DNA from: an uncultured Granulosicoccaceae bacterium
GTDB lineage: Bacteria; Pseudomonadota; Gammaproteobacteria; Granulosicoccales; Granulosicoccaceae
Assembly: GCA_964352535.1 (NCBI GenBank)
Contig: CAYGSW010000002.1
Location: forward strand, 1 to 56,696
DNA: 56,696 nucleotides
Direction: 5' to 3'
The notes below the pieces were generated by a model that did not search any database, was not told where the DNA came from, and saw only the letters and a list, made by a program, of their open reading frames with translations. Shown here in pieces: positions 10,201-20,601 of the stretch. The stretch's first letter is position 1; each line of letters opens with the position of its first letter. A program made the translations under genes and the position numbers.

Positions 10201-13077
10201 ATGAGCGCTACCCCCAAATCGATAGAAGCCCAAGCCTCCATGCAGGAGCAATGGGACACGTCTATGCTCGGCGGTGCCAACTCCCCCTGGCTGGAAAGTC
10301 TTTACGAGCAGTACCTGAAAGATCCCAATTCTGTGGATGAAGCATGGCGTGACTATTTTGGCAACTTGCCGATGGTTGACGAGAATACTCGTGAAGTCGC
10401 CCACTCTGAAATTCGCGCCCAGTTCCGCCAAATGGCCAATGGCCGTCCCGTGGCCAGCACCAGTGCCCCAACAGCTGCCAGTGTCAGCGCTACAGCCGAG
10501 CTGAAGCAGATTTTTGTCACGCAGCTGATCAACGCCTACCGGGTACGTGGTCACCAACTGGCCAAAACTGATCCACTGGGCGGGCATAGTGATGCGCTGG
10601 TTCGTGAGGTGCGCTTGCACGAAAATGGTCTTTCAGAGGCGGATCTTGACACCGTGTTCCAGACGCCCTCCCTCGAGGGCATTGATCAGGCCCCGCTCAG
10701 AGACATCATTGCGCACCTGGAAAAGTGTTACTGCGGTTCGATCGGCTACGAGTTCATGTACATCGACTACACGCCGCAAAAGGACTGGCTGCAGCAACGC
10801 ATAGAAAGTGTGGCCTCGGCACCTTCGCTGAATCCGGAAACCCGTGAGTGGATACTTCAGCGAGTGACTGCCGCCGAGAGCATGGAGCGGCATCTGGGTT
10901 CACGGTATGTCGGCCAGAAACGCTTCTCGCTGGAAGGCGGTGAGAGTCTAATCGTGATCATGAGCGAAATCGTGCGACGTGCGGGTAGTGCCGGTGTGAA
11001 AGACATGGTCATCGGCATGGCGCATCGCGGCAGATTGAACGTGCTGGTCAACATTCTGGGCAAGAACCCGGCCGAGCTCTTTTCGGAATTTGAGGGCAAA
11101 CACGATGAAAGTCTGTCGTCGGGTGATGTCAAATACCATCAGGGTTTCAGTTCCGATATTCGTACCACGCAAGGTCATATGCATCTGTCGCTGGCGTTCA
11201 ACCCGTCGCATCTTGAAATCGTATCGCCTGTGGTCGAAGGCTCTGTGCGTTCTCGGCAGGATCGATATGGCGACAAAGATGGCGACAAAGTCATCCCCAT
11301 TGCCATCCATGGTGATGCAGCGTTTGCTGGACAGGGTGTGGTCATGGAGACCTTTAACATGGCCGATTCACGTGGGTTCTCCACCAAGGGAACCGTGCAT
11401 ATCATCATTAACAACCAAATAGGCTTTACCACCAGCAACGTGGCAGATGCCAGATCCACCTTGTATGCCACGGATGTGGCGAAGATGATCAATGCCCCTA
11501 TCTTTCACGTCAATGGCGACGATCCAGAGGCGGTGTATTTCGTCACGCAACTGGCCCTGGACTTTCGCACAGCGTTTAAAAAGGACGTGGTCATCGACAT
11601 GGTGTGCTATCGCCGACACGGCCATAATGAGACCGATGAGCCTTCGGTTACTCAGCCGATCATGTACAAATCTATCAAGGCCTTGCCCACCACGCGTGCT
11701 ATCTACGCTGAGAAACTGGCAAAGAATGGTGTGGTAACAATAGCTGCTGCAGAGCGCATGATTGAGGACTATCGGCGCGCGTTGGATGACGGCATAAACG
11801 TAGCGCCTGATGTTATCGAAGGGCAGCCTGAAGCTCCGGAGCTTGTGGTCGACTGGACACAATACTCTGCAACAGATTGGAAAACGCCGTTTGACTCAAC
11901 AGTGCCGTTAGCCACGTTGCAGTCTCTAGGGGCACAGCTCACCACCTTGCCGGACGGACTTGCGTTGCATTCGAGAGTGAACAAAATCATCGAGGACCGA
12001 CGCAAGATGACGGCGGGTGCTCTGCCTCTGGATTGGGGTTATGCAGAAACGATGGCCTATGCAACGTTGCTGGATCAAGGGTATTCAGTGCGTTTATCGG
12101 GGCAGGACTGTGGGCGAGGTACGTTCGCGCATCGTCATGCCGTGCTGCACAATCAAAACACCATGGGTGCCTACGTGCCACTTCGTGAGTTAACAGACAA
12201 GGCCAATTTCCTGGTTATCGACTCAGTGCTCTCCGAAGAAGCTGTGCTGGGCTTTGAATACGGTTATGCAACAGCCGACCCCAACACACTGGTGATCTGG
12301 GAAGGCCAGTTTGGTGATTTTGCCAATGGTGCTCAGGTGGTCATTGATCAGTTCATCAGCTCTGGAGAAACCAAATGGGGTCGTTTGTGCGGGCTGACTC
12401 TATTGCTCCCCCATGGATATGAAGGGCAGGGGCCAGAACATTCCTCCGCAAGGTTGGAACGGTTTCTACAGCTATGTGCAGAGGACAACATGCAAGTGCT
12501 GGTGCCGAGTACGCCAGCACAGGCTTATCATATGCTGCGTCGTCAGATGATTCGCCCCATGCGCAGGCCCATGATTGTTATGTCACCCAAAAGCCTGTTG
12601 CGTCACCGGTTAGCTGTGTCGACACTTGAAGATCTGGCTGAGGGCACCTTCCAGCCTGTGATCGGAGAGATCGATGCGCTGGATCCAGCCAGTGTTACGC
12701 GTCTGGTATTTTGCAGCGGCAAGGTGTACTACGACTTGCTGGAAGCTCGCCGCAATGCAGAAATCGCCAACGTCGCATTGGTTCGACTCGAACAGCTTTA
12801 TCCGTTTCCCTATGACGCCATGACAGAAGCGGTTAATCATTACCCGAATGCCACCAGTATTGTCTGGTGTCAGGAAGAGCCGCGTAATCAGGGTGCCTGG
12901 CGCTCGAACCGACATCGCATCGAACGCGTATTGCCGGCGGCGGTTGGTTCGGTAGAGTTTGCCGGCAGGGTGCCTTCCGCATCGCCTGCCAGTGGTTACA
13001 TGAATCAGCACCTGATAGAGCAAAAGCGCCTCGTTGACGAGGCACTGGGTGTGATTCCCAACAGCCAAAGCTCATAA
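10201..13077 (+). CDS. sucA: 2-oxoglutarate dehydrogenase E1
   Basis: KRFSLEG, GMAHRGRLN, GDVKYH, HGDAAFAGQG, LPHGYEGQGPEHSSAR. Confidence 0.98.
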   Translation: MSATPKSIEAQASMQEQWDTSMLGGANSPWLESLYEQYLKDPNSVDEAWRDYFGNLPMVDENTREVAHSEIRAQFRQMANGRPVASTSAPTAASVSATAELKQIFVTQLINAYRVRGHQLAKTDPLGGHSDALVREVRLHENGLSEADLDTVFQTPSLEGIDQAPLRDIIAHLEKCYCGSIGYEFMYIDYTPQKDWLQQRIESVASAPSLNPETREWILQRVTAAESMERHLGSRYVGQKRFSLEGGESLIVIMSEIVRRAGSAGVKDMVIGMAHRGRLNVLVNILGKNPAELFSEFEGKHDESLSSGDVKYHQGFSSDIRTTQGHMHLSLAFNPSHLEIVSPVVEGSVRSRQDRYGDKDGDKVIPIAIHGDAAFAGQGVVMETFNMADSRGFSTKGTVHIIINNQIGFTTSNVADARSTLYATDVAKMINAPIFHVNGDDPEAVYFVTQLALDFRTAFKKDVVIDMVCYRRHGHNETDEPSVTQPIMYKSIKALPTTRAIYAEKLAKNGVVTIAAAERMIEDYRRALDDGINVAPDVIEGQPEAPELVVDWTQYSATDWKTPFDSTVPLATLQSLGAQLTTLPDGLALHSRVNKIIEDRRKMTAGALPLDWGYAETMAYATLLDQGYSVRLSGQDCGRGTFAHRHAVLHNQNTMGAYVPLRELTDKANFLVIDSVLSEEAVLGFEYGYATADPNTLVIWEGQFGDFANGAQVVIDQFISSGETKWGRLCGLTLLLPHGYEGQGPEHSSARLERFLQLCAEDNMQVLVPSTPAQAYHMLRRQMIRPMRRPMIVMSPKSLLRHRLAVSTLEDLAEGTFQPVIGEIDALDPASVTRLVFCSGKVYYDLLEARRNAEIANVALVRLEQLYPFPYDAMTEAVNHYPNATSIVWCQEEPRNQGAWRSNRHRIERVLPAAVGSVEFAGRVPSASPASGYMNQHLIEQKRLVDEALGVIPNSQSS

Positions 13078-13132
13078 GTTCTACAATGATGTTTCCATCA
13101 CTCGCTAAAATTGACAAAAAGGGCAGCCGCAG

Positions 13133-14380
13133 ATGACTTCCGAGATCAAAGTGCCGACGTTACCGGAATCGATAGCCGACGCATTGATCGTAACCTGGCA
13201 TAAGCAGGAGGGTGACGCCGTCAGTCGCGATGAAGTACTGGTAGATATCGAAACTGACAAAGTCGTTCTCGAGGTTCCTGCCTCGGAAGATGGTGTGCTG
13301 GGCAAGATTATTGAACCCGAAGGCACTACAGTGGCTGCACATCAGGTTATCGGATCTATAGAGACTGCCTCAGCGGCCACCGCCGCCGCAGCTACCGCGA
13401 CCGTTCAATCTGCTGATACCGCTGCATCCAACGATGCGGCCAGCGATGACAGCTCTGCCGGGCAGACCAGCCCATCGGTGAGAAAGCTACTGGAGAAGCA
13501 TGGTCTGCAAGCGTCTGATGTGCGCGGAAGTGGCAAGAATGGTCGATTGTCCAAAGAAGATGTGGAGGCACATGTTGCCGGCGCAGGCTCGTCTTCAACA
13601 GCCCCTACACCGGCTGCTGCCAAGGTTGCTGCAGTGCCGACAAAAGCTGCCAGTGACGCGCCGTTGATCCCACAAGGTGATCGCGTTGAAAAACGTGTGC
13701 CGATGACCCGACTGCGTGCACGCATTGCCGAGCGTCTGCTCTCTGCCACGCAGAACACGGCCATGCTGACAACCTTCAATGAGGTTGACATGAGTGCCTT
13801 CATTGCCCTTCGTAATCAGTACAAGGCACAGTTTGAAAAATCGCACGGCATAAAGCTTGGCTTCATGTCCATTTTTCTCAAGGCCGCTACCGAGTCGCTC
13901 AAGCGCTATCCGGATATCAATGCATCGATTGATGGTGATGATGTGGTTTATCACGGCTATTGTGATATCGGTGTGGCTGTATCGTCAGAGCGCGGACTGG
14001 TTGTGCCTGTGCTGCGCAACACAGAGTATATGTCACTGGCTGATATTGAAAAGACGATTGGTGCCTATGCTGAAAAGGCCCGAGATGGAAAACTGTCCAT
14101 GGATGAGATGACCGGCGGAACGTTTACAGTGTCCAACGGTGGTGTATTTGGCTCCCTGCTGTCAACGCCAATTCTCAACCCACCGCAGAGTGCCATCCTT
14201 GGCATGCACGCTACCCAGGATCGCCCTATTGCTGTGAATGGTGAGGTGGTTATCCGACCAATGATGTATATCGCGCTGAGCTATGACCATCGTATTGTTG
14301 ATGGTAAGGGTGCCGTTGGCTTTCTCAAGACGATCAAGGAACTGGTTGAGGATCCCGCACGCATAGTGTTTGATTTGTAG
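13133..14380 (+). CDS. sucB: Dihydrolipoamide succinyltransferase E2
   Basis: Lipoyl domain ETDKV, E3-binding domain, SYDHRIVDG. Confidence 0.97.
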   Translation: MTSEIKVPTLPESIADALIVTWHKQEGDAVSRDEVLVDIETDKVVLEVPASEDGVLGKIIEPEGTTVAAHQVIGSIETASAATAAAATATVQSADTAASNDAASDDSSAGQTSPSVRKLLEKHGLQASDVRGSGKNGRLSKEDVEAHVAGAGSSSTAPTPAAAKVAAVPTKAASDAPLIPQGDRVEKRVPMTRLRARIAERLLSATQNTAMLTTFNEVDMSAFIALRNQYKAQFEKSHGIKLGFMSIFLKAATESLKRYPDINASIDGDDVVYHGYCDIGVAVSSERGLVVPVLRNTEYMSLADIEKTIGAYAEKARDGKLSMDEMTGGTFTVSNGGVFGSLLSTPILNPPQSAILGMHATQDRPIAVNGEVVIRPMMYIALSYDHRIVDGKGAVGFLKTIKELVEDPARIVFDL

Positions 14381-14617
14381 GTTGCATCCGATCCCGGATA
14401 TCATTGGAGAGATCATTGGTATGTGCTTCCCCGGCATACGGGATGTGCAGGTGCTGCATGTTCGCCCACGGCGTTGCTGAATCGGTACACGCTCGTTCGG
14501 CATTGAGGCGGTAAATTTTACAGTCGCATGACCCAGGCACGATAACCCTGTAAAGTTTGGGCACACGTCACAAGAAGCTTGTCCGAGAAGCTGTAACGCG
14601 AACAGTGAGATAACGCT

Positions 14618-15463
14618 ATGAAAGTCATCAACCTGGGTTGCCAGCTGTCGTATTCGGTTTTAGCGCCTACCAATTTTTTGTTTCAGATATCCGTACCACA
14701 GAATAATTATCAATCAGTATGGAATGAAGGTTTCCAGACCACCCCGGAGTGCGACCTGCAGGTGTGTAACACCGGTCTGCTGGGTAACCGTACGCATCGG
14801 GTATTAGTGCAGGCTGGCCAGTTTACGATAGCCTATCAGGCTGTGGTGGAGCTGTATCAGGTGACAGCTCAAGACAATGACCTGGTGGAGGTTGCCCATG
14901 CAGCATTACCGGCAGACGTTCTAACCTATCTCAATCCCAGTCGGTATTGTGAATCCGACAAACTGATGAAGTTTGCCTGGGATGCATTCGGTCACATGAC
15001 ACCTGGCTATTCAAGGGTGCAAGCCATCTCGGATTGGGTCCACAATCACCTGAGCTATACGCCAGGCAGCACGATTTCAACAACGACTGCGTGTGATGTC
15101 TTGCTGCAATGCAGTGGGGTTTGCCGGGATTATGCCCATCTATGCATCGCGCTCTGTCGCGCATTGGGCATTCCCGCAAGGTACGTAACAGGCTATGCGG
15201 TTGATCTTGAGCCGCAGGATTTCCACGGTTTTCACGAAGTCTATCTTAGCGACAGGTGGTATATGTTCGATGCCACCAAGCTAGCGCCAGTCAGCGGTTT
15301 TGCTCGAATCGGTGCAGGTCGGGATGCAGCCGATGTCGCGTTTGCCACCCTGATTGGTGCCGCCGAATCAACGGGTCACTACGTGTGGGCGACCGAAGGC
15401 GTATCCAATAGTTCTGATCCTTACCAGCCACCCAAGCCGAACGACGCGCTTAGTTCAGCATGA
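14618..15463 (+). CDS. Transglutaminase-like cysteine protease family protein
   Basis: YLNPSRYCESD, catalytic GVCRDYAH, DFHG and WYMFDAT, GRDAADVAF. Confidence 0.88.
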   Translation: MKVINLGCQLSYSVLAPTNFLFQISVPQNNYQSVWNEGFQTTPECDLQVCNTGLLGNRTHRVLVQAGQFTIAYQAVVELYQVTAQDNDLVEVAHAALPADVLTYLNPSRYCESDKLMKFAWDAFGHMTPGYSRVQAISDWVHNHLSYTPGSTISTTTACDVLLQCSGVCRDYAHLCIALCRALGIPARYVTGYAVDLEPQDFHGFHEVYLSDRWYMFDATKLAPVSGFARIGAGRDAADVAFATLIGAAESTGHYVWATEGVSNSSDPYQPPKPNDALSSA

Positions 15464-15508
15464 AACAGCTACTACGCGCGCCGGTTTGCCTGTAAACCCG
15501 CAAAGTCT

Positions 15509-16597
15509 TCAAGAGCCCAGCACCTCACGGCCTATCAGCTGTCGCATACGCTGTAGTACATCCAGACCCTGCATGGAAAGCCAGTGGTGCAGATCGATGA
15601 TCACCCAGTTCTCCACCAGTTTCTCGCCGTTGCTGCGGTACACATCCATCACGCGCATGTCGGCGGCAATGCCACTACCCGGCAAGCCTAGAAAGCCGCC
15701 CTGTGCCGTATTGGTCAAATTAGGCCATCCGAAAAAGCAACCATAGTGAGCTTCAGAGAAGCGGGCAATATGCCCGTTGAATGTCTTGCCAGTGAGGTTG
15801 AAGCGGAACGGGAATTGGTGTTGCTGCTGGTAGCGATCGATGGTGTACGTTGCGCCGATACCTTCAGGCCCGTACCACACCATGTTCTCATCCCAACTTT
15901 TTGCCAGTAATTCGCGCGAGACATGATTCGTATTTTCCTGCTCCGCCAACCGGTTAGCCTCTGACAGATCGGCAATCATGCGATTGATCAGCTGCAATGT
16001 TGTCGCTGCCTGCTCGGCTGCATGGGCATCGAGCAAGACACCATCGGCCGTGGCGGGACCCGGATAGATAAATGAGGCGCCTGTGCTGGGCGGCAATGGA
16101 TAATGACCGGCCTGTCGCATGACACCGATGAGATCGATAAATAGGGCAGATTCCTTGATTTTGCCTTCATGCACACGATGAAATTCCGCAAAGCGGATGA
16201 AAACCAGGCGCTGTGTGGGCGGAATATCCAGCCAGGGCTTATCCATGAGACCCATGAAATGGCCCATCTGACAGGTCCAGACCGAGCTTACATGTTCGGC
16301 TTCATCGACAGCACTGCCGCTTGAGAATGGCACCGAGTTATGCCCTGCAAGAAATACACTGACCCGTCTTTGCAATGCCGTAAAGGATTCGCGCAGGGGT
16401 TTCCAGAAAACATCTACAACACCTTCAGCACTGTATTGCTCTCCGAAAGGAGCCAATCCCCGCCAGTGGTACTGATCAGGCGTGTAGCGCTGGAGGGTAG
16501 GCCCTAATTCGGCCAGTTGGGCATCATCAAAACAAGTGCAATATTCAATCACAAGCTGTTTGGCTGACTGAATGGCGTTGGAATCGTGCTGAATCAA
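15509..16597 (-). CDS. Tandem SnoaL-like (ester cyclase/NTF2-fold) protein
   Basis: Two repeats with WLDIPPT...FAEFHRV..GKI and FLGLPGSG...MDVYR....KLVENWV. Start codon uncertain. Confidence 0.75.
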   Translation of the reverse strand: MIQHDSNAIQSAKQLVIEYCTCFDDAQLAELGPTLQRYTPDQYHWRGLAPFGEQYSAEGVVDVFWKPLRESFTALQRRVSVFLAGHNSVPFSSGSAVDEAEHVSSVWTCQMGHFMGLMDKPWLDIPPTQRLVFIRFAEFHRVHEGKIKESALFIDLIGVMRQAGHYPLPPSTGASFIYPGPATADGVLLDAHAAEQAATTLQLINRMIADLSEANRLAEQENTNHVSRELLAKSWDENMVWYGPEGIGATYTIDRYQQQHQFPFRFNLTGKTFNGHIARFSEAHYGCFFGWPNLTNTAQGGFLGLPGSGIAADMRVMDVYRSNGEKLVENWVIIDLHHWLSMQGLDVLQRMRQLIGREVLGS

Positions 16598-16854
16598 AAC
16601 TGCTGGGTTCTCTAAAAGGTCAGTGAGTGTCGGTAATTTGACGATAGGGTTGCCGATGTCGATAGTCGCGAAAAAAGTGTAGTCGCGAGTCTACGCACAA
16701 TGGCTTGGTACAGGCGTTTTTCTCTCGATCTAACGTTGTGAGCCTTCATTTCGCGTGCCTGCAAGCCGAGTATCAGTAGCAGCATTACCTATCTGTGCTC
16801 TCTGGCGCGATATACTGTGTGGCTGATGTATCAACCAACCTCCAAGGACCTGAC

Positions 16855-18291
16855 ATGGCCGAAGTTTATGATGTAATCGTGATCGGTGGTGGTCCCGCCG
16901 GATATGTTGCTGCTATCCGCGCAGCACAGCTGGGTCTCAAGACCGCATGCGTGGAAAAGTGGATTAACAAGCAGGACAAGCCTGCACTGGGCGGCACTTG
17001 CCTTAACGTGGGGTGTATTCCGTCCAAAGCTCTGCTCGAGAGCACAGAGCTGTACGAGACTGCGCGGCACAATTTTTTCGATCTTGGTATCAATGTCGGC
17101 GAAGTTAGCCTGGATGTTCCCAAGATGATTGGCCGCAAAGACAAAGTTGTCATGGAGCTTACTGGCGGCATCGAGATGTTATTCAAGCAAAATGGCATCG
17201 ACTGGTTGCAAGGCACCGGTCAGGTTCTGGCCGACAAACAAGTCAAGGTCACTGACCACGCCGATCAACATACGGTTTATGACACCGAAAACGTCATTAT
17301 TGCCACAGGCTCAGTACCGATCGAGTTGTCGGCAACTCCTCTGGAAGGCAATATTGTGGTCGATTCAGCCGGTGCCCTCGACTGGCAGTCTGTACCCAGC
17401 AGCGTTTGCGTCATTGGCGCAGGCGTTATCGGTCTGGAACTTGGCAGTGTGTGGCGGCGTATGGGTTCTGAAGTAGTGTTGCTTGAAGCACAGGATACGT
17501 TTTTACCCATGGTGGACAAGGCTGTGGCCAAAGAGGCTCAGCGTACGTTTACCAAGCAAGGGCTGGACATCAGGCTTAGCACTCGGGTCATGAGCAGTAC
17601 GCTCAAGGGCGGCAAGGTTGTCGTCGCGTTTCAGGATGCCAAGGGTGATCATGAGCAGACGTTTGACAAGCTGATCGTGGCTGTTGGACGGCGTGCGTAC
17701 ACGGACAACGTCTGCGCCTCTGAAGTGGATGTGCAACAGGACGAGCGTGGCCTGTTTCATGTCAATGAGTACTGCGAGACCAATGTGCCGGGACTCTATG
17801 CTATCGGTGACGTGGTTCGTGGCCCGATGCTGGCTCACAAGGGCTCCGAAGAAGGGGTCATGGTTGCAGAACGCATTGCCGGTGAGAACTCATCGTTGAA
17901 TTACGATGTGATGCCTAACGTTATTTACACACACCCGGAGGTTGCGTGGGTGGGTAAAACCGAGGAGCAGCTCAAGAGCGAAGGTGTTGACTACCAGGTG
18001 GGCAGCTTTCCCTTTGCTGCCAGCGGACGTGCAAAAGCCAAGGGTGATACCACAGGGCTGGTCAAGATCATCCGTGACAAAAGCAACGATCGTCTGGTGG
18101 GTGCACATCTTATCGGTCCGAGCGCTTCAGAGCTATTAGCGCAATCCGTGCTGGCGATGGAGTTCGATGCCACCATTGAAGATATCGCACACACCATTCA
18201 TGCGCACCCCACCCTCTCCGAAGCGGTCCACGAAGCCGCACTGAGCGCCGATGGCCGTGCAATCCACATTGGTAATCGTAAACGCGCCTAG
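16855..18291 (+). CDS. lpdA: Dihydrolipoamide dehydrogenase E3
   Basis: GGGPAGY FAD motif, GGTCLNVGCIPSK redox disulfide, HAHPTLSE. ATG at 16855 with an AAGGA SD. Confidence 0.97.
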   Translation: MAEVYDVIVIGGGPAGYVAAIRAAQLGLKTACVEKWINKQDKPALGGTCLNVGCIPSKALLESTELYETARHNFFDLGINVGEVSLDVPKMIGRKDKVVMELTGGIEMLFKQNGIDWLQGTGQVLADKQVKVTDHADQHTVYDTENVIIATGSVPIELSATPLEGNIVVDSAGALDWQSVPSSVCVIGAGVIGLELGSVWRRMGSEVVLLEAQDTFLPMVDKAVAKEAQRTFTKQGLDIRLSTRVMSSTLKGGKVVVAFQDAKGDHEQTFDKLIVAVGRRAYTDNVCASEVDVQQDERGLFHVNEYCETNVPGLYAIGDVVRGPMLAHKGSEEGVMVAERIAGENSSLNYDVMPNVIYTHPEVAWVGKTEEQLKSEGVDYQVGSFPFAASGRAKAKGDTTGLVKIIRDKSNDRLVGAHLIGPSASELLAQSVLAMEFDATIEDIAHTIHAHPTLSEAVHEAALSADGRAIHIGNRKRA

Positions 18292-18360
18292 TTTTACAGT
18301 GTTGCCCAGACGGCCGCTGTACGCAGTAGCCTCATACCGTATGTTGTTTTGGGACGTTGC

Positions 18361-19089
18361 ATGAATTTACATGAGTATCAGGCTAAAGCTCTTTTTAAAG
18401 CGTACGGTATGCCTGTGCCCAACAATCTTGTTGCCAGTACACCTGAAGAGGCTCGTACAGCGGCAGAAAATTTTTCTGCCGGGCAAGTGGTTGTTAAAGC
18501 CCAGGTGCATGCGCGTGGACGTGGCAAAGCGGGCGGCATCAAGATCGTTGACACGCCACGAGAAGCAGAAGACTACGCCAAGTCCATGCTGGGTACCCAC
18601 TTCGTCACGGCGCAGACCGACAAGAACGGGCAACCGGTCAATGCGATTCTGGTCGAAGAGATATGTAAAATTGAAAATGAGTTGTATCTGGGAATGGTCG
18701 CTGAGCATGCCAGCGGACCTGTCGTTATCAAAGTGTCGACCGAAGGTGGCATGCAGATCGAACAGATTCTGCGTGATTCGCCAGAGAAAATTCACAAGTT
18801 GCACATTGACCCCTCCCTGGGCGTTCTGCCGGACCAATACCATGATCTTTCCACTCGCCTGGGGCTTGCCGGTGAGCAGATAGAGCAGTTCACTCAACTG
18901 CTTGATGGACTGTACAGACTGTTCGTGGAAAAAGATCTGGCAGTTGCAGAAATCAATCCTCTGGTTGTCACCGTCGACGGCGACCTTGTGTGCCTGGATG
19001 GTAAAATCAGTGTAAATGTGGATCGGTTGCATCGGCACCCGGATATGCAGGCGTTGCGTGACACGACTCAGGAAGCCAGGGGTGAATAA
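18361..19089 (+). pseudogene. sucC: Truncated succinyl-CoA synthetase beta subunit (ATP-grasp domain only, ~242 aa); pseudogene or stand-alone domain
   Basis: MNLHEYQAK, KAQVHARGRGKAGG, STEGG and EINPL match SucC. The ORF stops before the NY..LDG.IGCMVNGAGLAM region, I see no remainder downstream, and no sucD follows. Confidence 0.75.
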
Positions 19090-19321
19090 GCTATTGCGCA
19101 ACACCTTTGCACAGTATTGCAACGAAACTCCGGTAGGGTCTGCCTGACAATACCGGTACTTTGGCTTGCAGAGCCGGATTCAATGTCTGAAAAAATCAAC
19201 AGCCTTGGATATGCGCGACCGAAGGCGCTCCCGAAGGACCCTGTTGAGTGAAAGTAATTCAATTTCGAGATTTTTTTTGATCCCCGGGAGCTAAACGTTC
19301 ATTGAGCACTCTACAGCTTCC

Positions 19322-20503
19322 ATGAAAACCCGATCCATGACGTTATTAGTGCTTGCTGAAGTGGCCGCCATGTCTTTATGGTTTGTCTCATCAGCTATCC
19401 TGGTCGACCTGCGCAGTGAGGTGTCGCTAAACGCATTGCAGTCTGCCATGCTGGTTTCAGGTGTTGCTGCAGGTTTTGTGGTGGGCGCGTTGTATGTGGC
19501 AATGTCTGGCATAGCGGATCGTTACGATCCTCGAAAAGTATTTGCTATGTCAGCCGTGTTGGCCGCTGTGGCCAACGGGTTGATGCTGGTGGTTCCACCC
19601 GGTGGCGCAATCAGTATCGCGCTACGCATAGTGACAGGTTTTGCGTTGGCTGGCGTCTACCCGGTAGGTATGAAGATCGCTGTCGGCTGGGGGCTGAAGG
19701 ATCGCGGTTGGCTAATTGGACTTCTGGTCGGCGGTTTGACGCTGGGATCAGCCGCTCCACATCTGTTGGCTTTCCTGGGCGGTGCCAACTGGCGATTAAC
19801 CACCTTGCTGGCCAGCGTGTTGGCCTTGGTCGCCGCTGTGCTGGTGTCGTTCACTCGGGCAGGGCCACATCACGCAGCGTCGGCAAAGATGAACCCCCGG
19901 GTCATTACGCTGGCGTGGACGGATACGCGGATACGGCGCGCTTTTCTTGGCTACCTTGGGCACATGTGGGAGCTTTATGCCTTATGGGCGTGGATTGCGC
20001 CTGCGGCTGCTGCGTCCTATCTGTTGCAGACCAATGCTATTGAGGCCGCTCAGTTATCAAAACTCACCGCTTTCATCGCAATCGGTTCGGGCGCATTGCT
20101 TTGTCCGTTCGCGGGTAAGCTGGCAGACGCTCTGGGCAAAGCTGAGCTGACAATTGTGTCGATGGCCATCAGTGGTGCGTCAGCTGTTGCAGCTGCTGTG
20201 GTATTCGGAGGTCCCGTGTGGCTGGTGCTGACAGTGTTTGTTATCTGGGGTTTGTCTGTTATTCCCGACTCGGCACAATTCTCGGCAATGGTGGCTGATT
20301 TTGCACCTCCGGAGATTTCTGGCAGCCTTATGTCATTGCAAACAGCGCTTGGTTTTGCACTGACGATCATCACCGTTCAAGTGACACCACTGCTTGCCGG
20401 GATCATTGGGTGGCCGGGTCTGTTTTGTGTTCTTGCCCTTGGGCCGGTAGTGGGCATTTTGTCTATGACAGGCCTGACACGAGCTCGTCTGGCGCTCACC
20501 TGA
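19322..20503 (+). CDS. MFS transporter
   Basis: ~12 hydrophobic segments, GIADRY motif A, AGVYPVGMK, GHMWELYA, PDSAQFS. Confidence 0.9.
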   Translation: MKTRSMTLLVLAEVAAMSLWFVSSAILVDLRSEVSLNALQSAMLVSGVAAGFVVGALYVAMSGIADRYDPRKVFAMSAVLAAVANGLMLVVPPGGAISIALRIVTGFALAGVYPVGMKIAVGWGLKDRGWLIGLLVGGLTLGSAAPHLLAFLGGANWRLTTLLASVLALVAAVLVSFTRAGPHHAASAKMNPRVITLAWTDTRIRRAFLGYLGHMWELYALWAWIAPAAAASYLLQTNAIEAAQLSKLTAFIAIGSGALLCPFAGKLADALGKAELTIVSMAISGASAVAAAVVFGGPVWLVLTVFVIWGLSVIPDSAQFSAMVADFAPPEISGSLMSLQTALGFALTIITVQVTPLLAGIIGWPGLFCVLALGPVVGILSMTGLTRARLALT

Positions 20504-20601
20504 CTATTGCAGCTTGTAGCATTTACGATGCCTCGTGGTCTGTGTGCACAAACGTGCGATGATTGGAGCGTCCCACTTCTAACACGGTTTGATAAGACTC
20601 C

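Noticed and set aside
18367-19122. 251-aa ORF antisense to truncated sucC
   Set aside because: Shadow ORF on the opposite strand with no recognisable motifs
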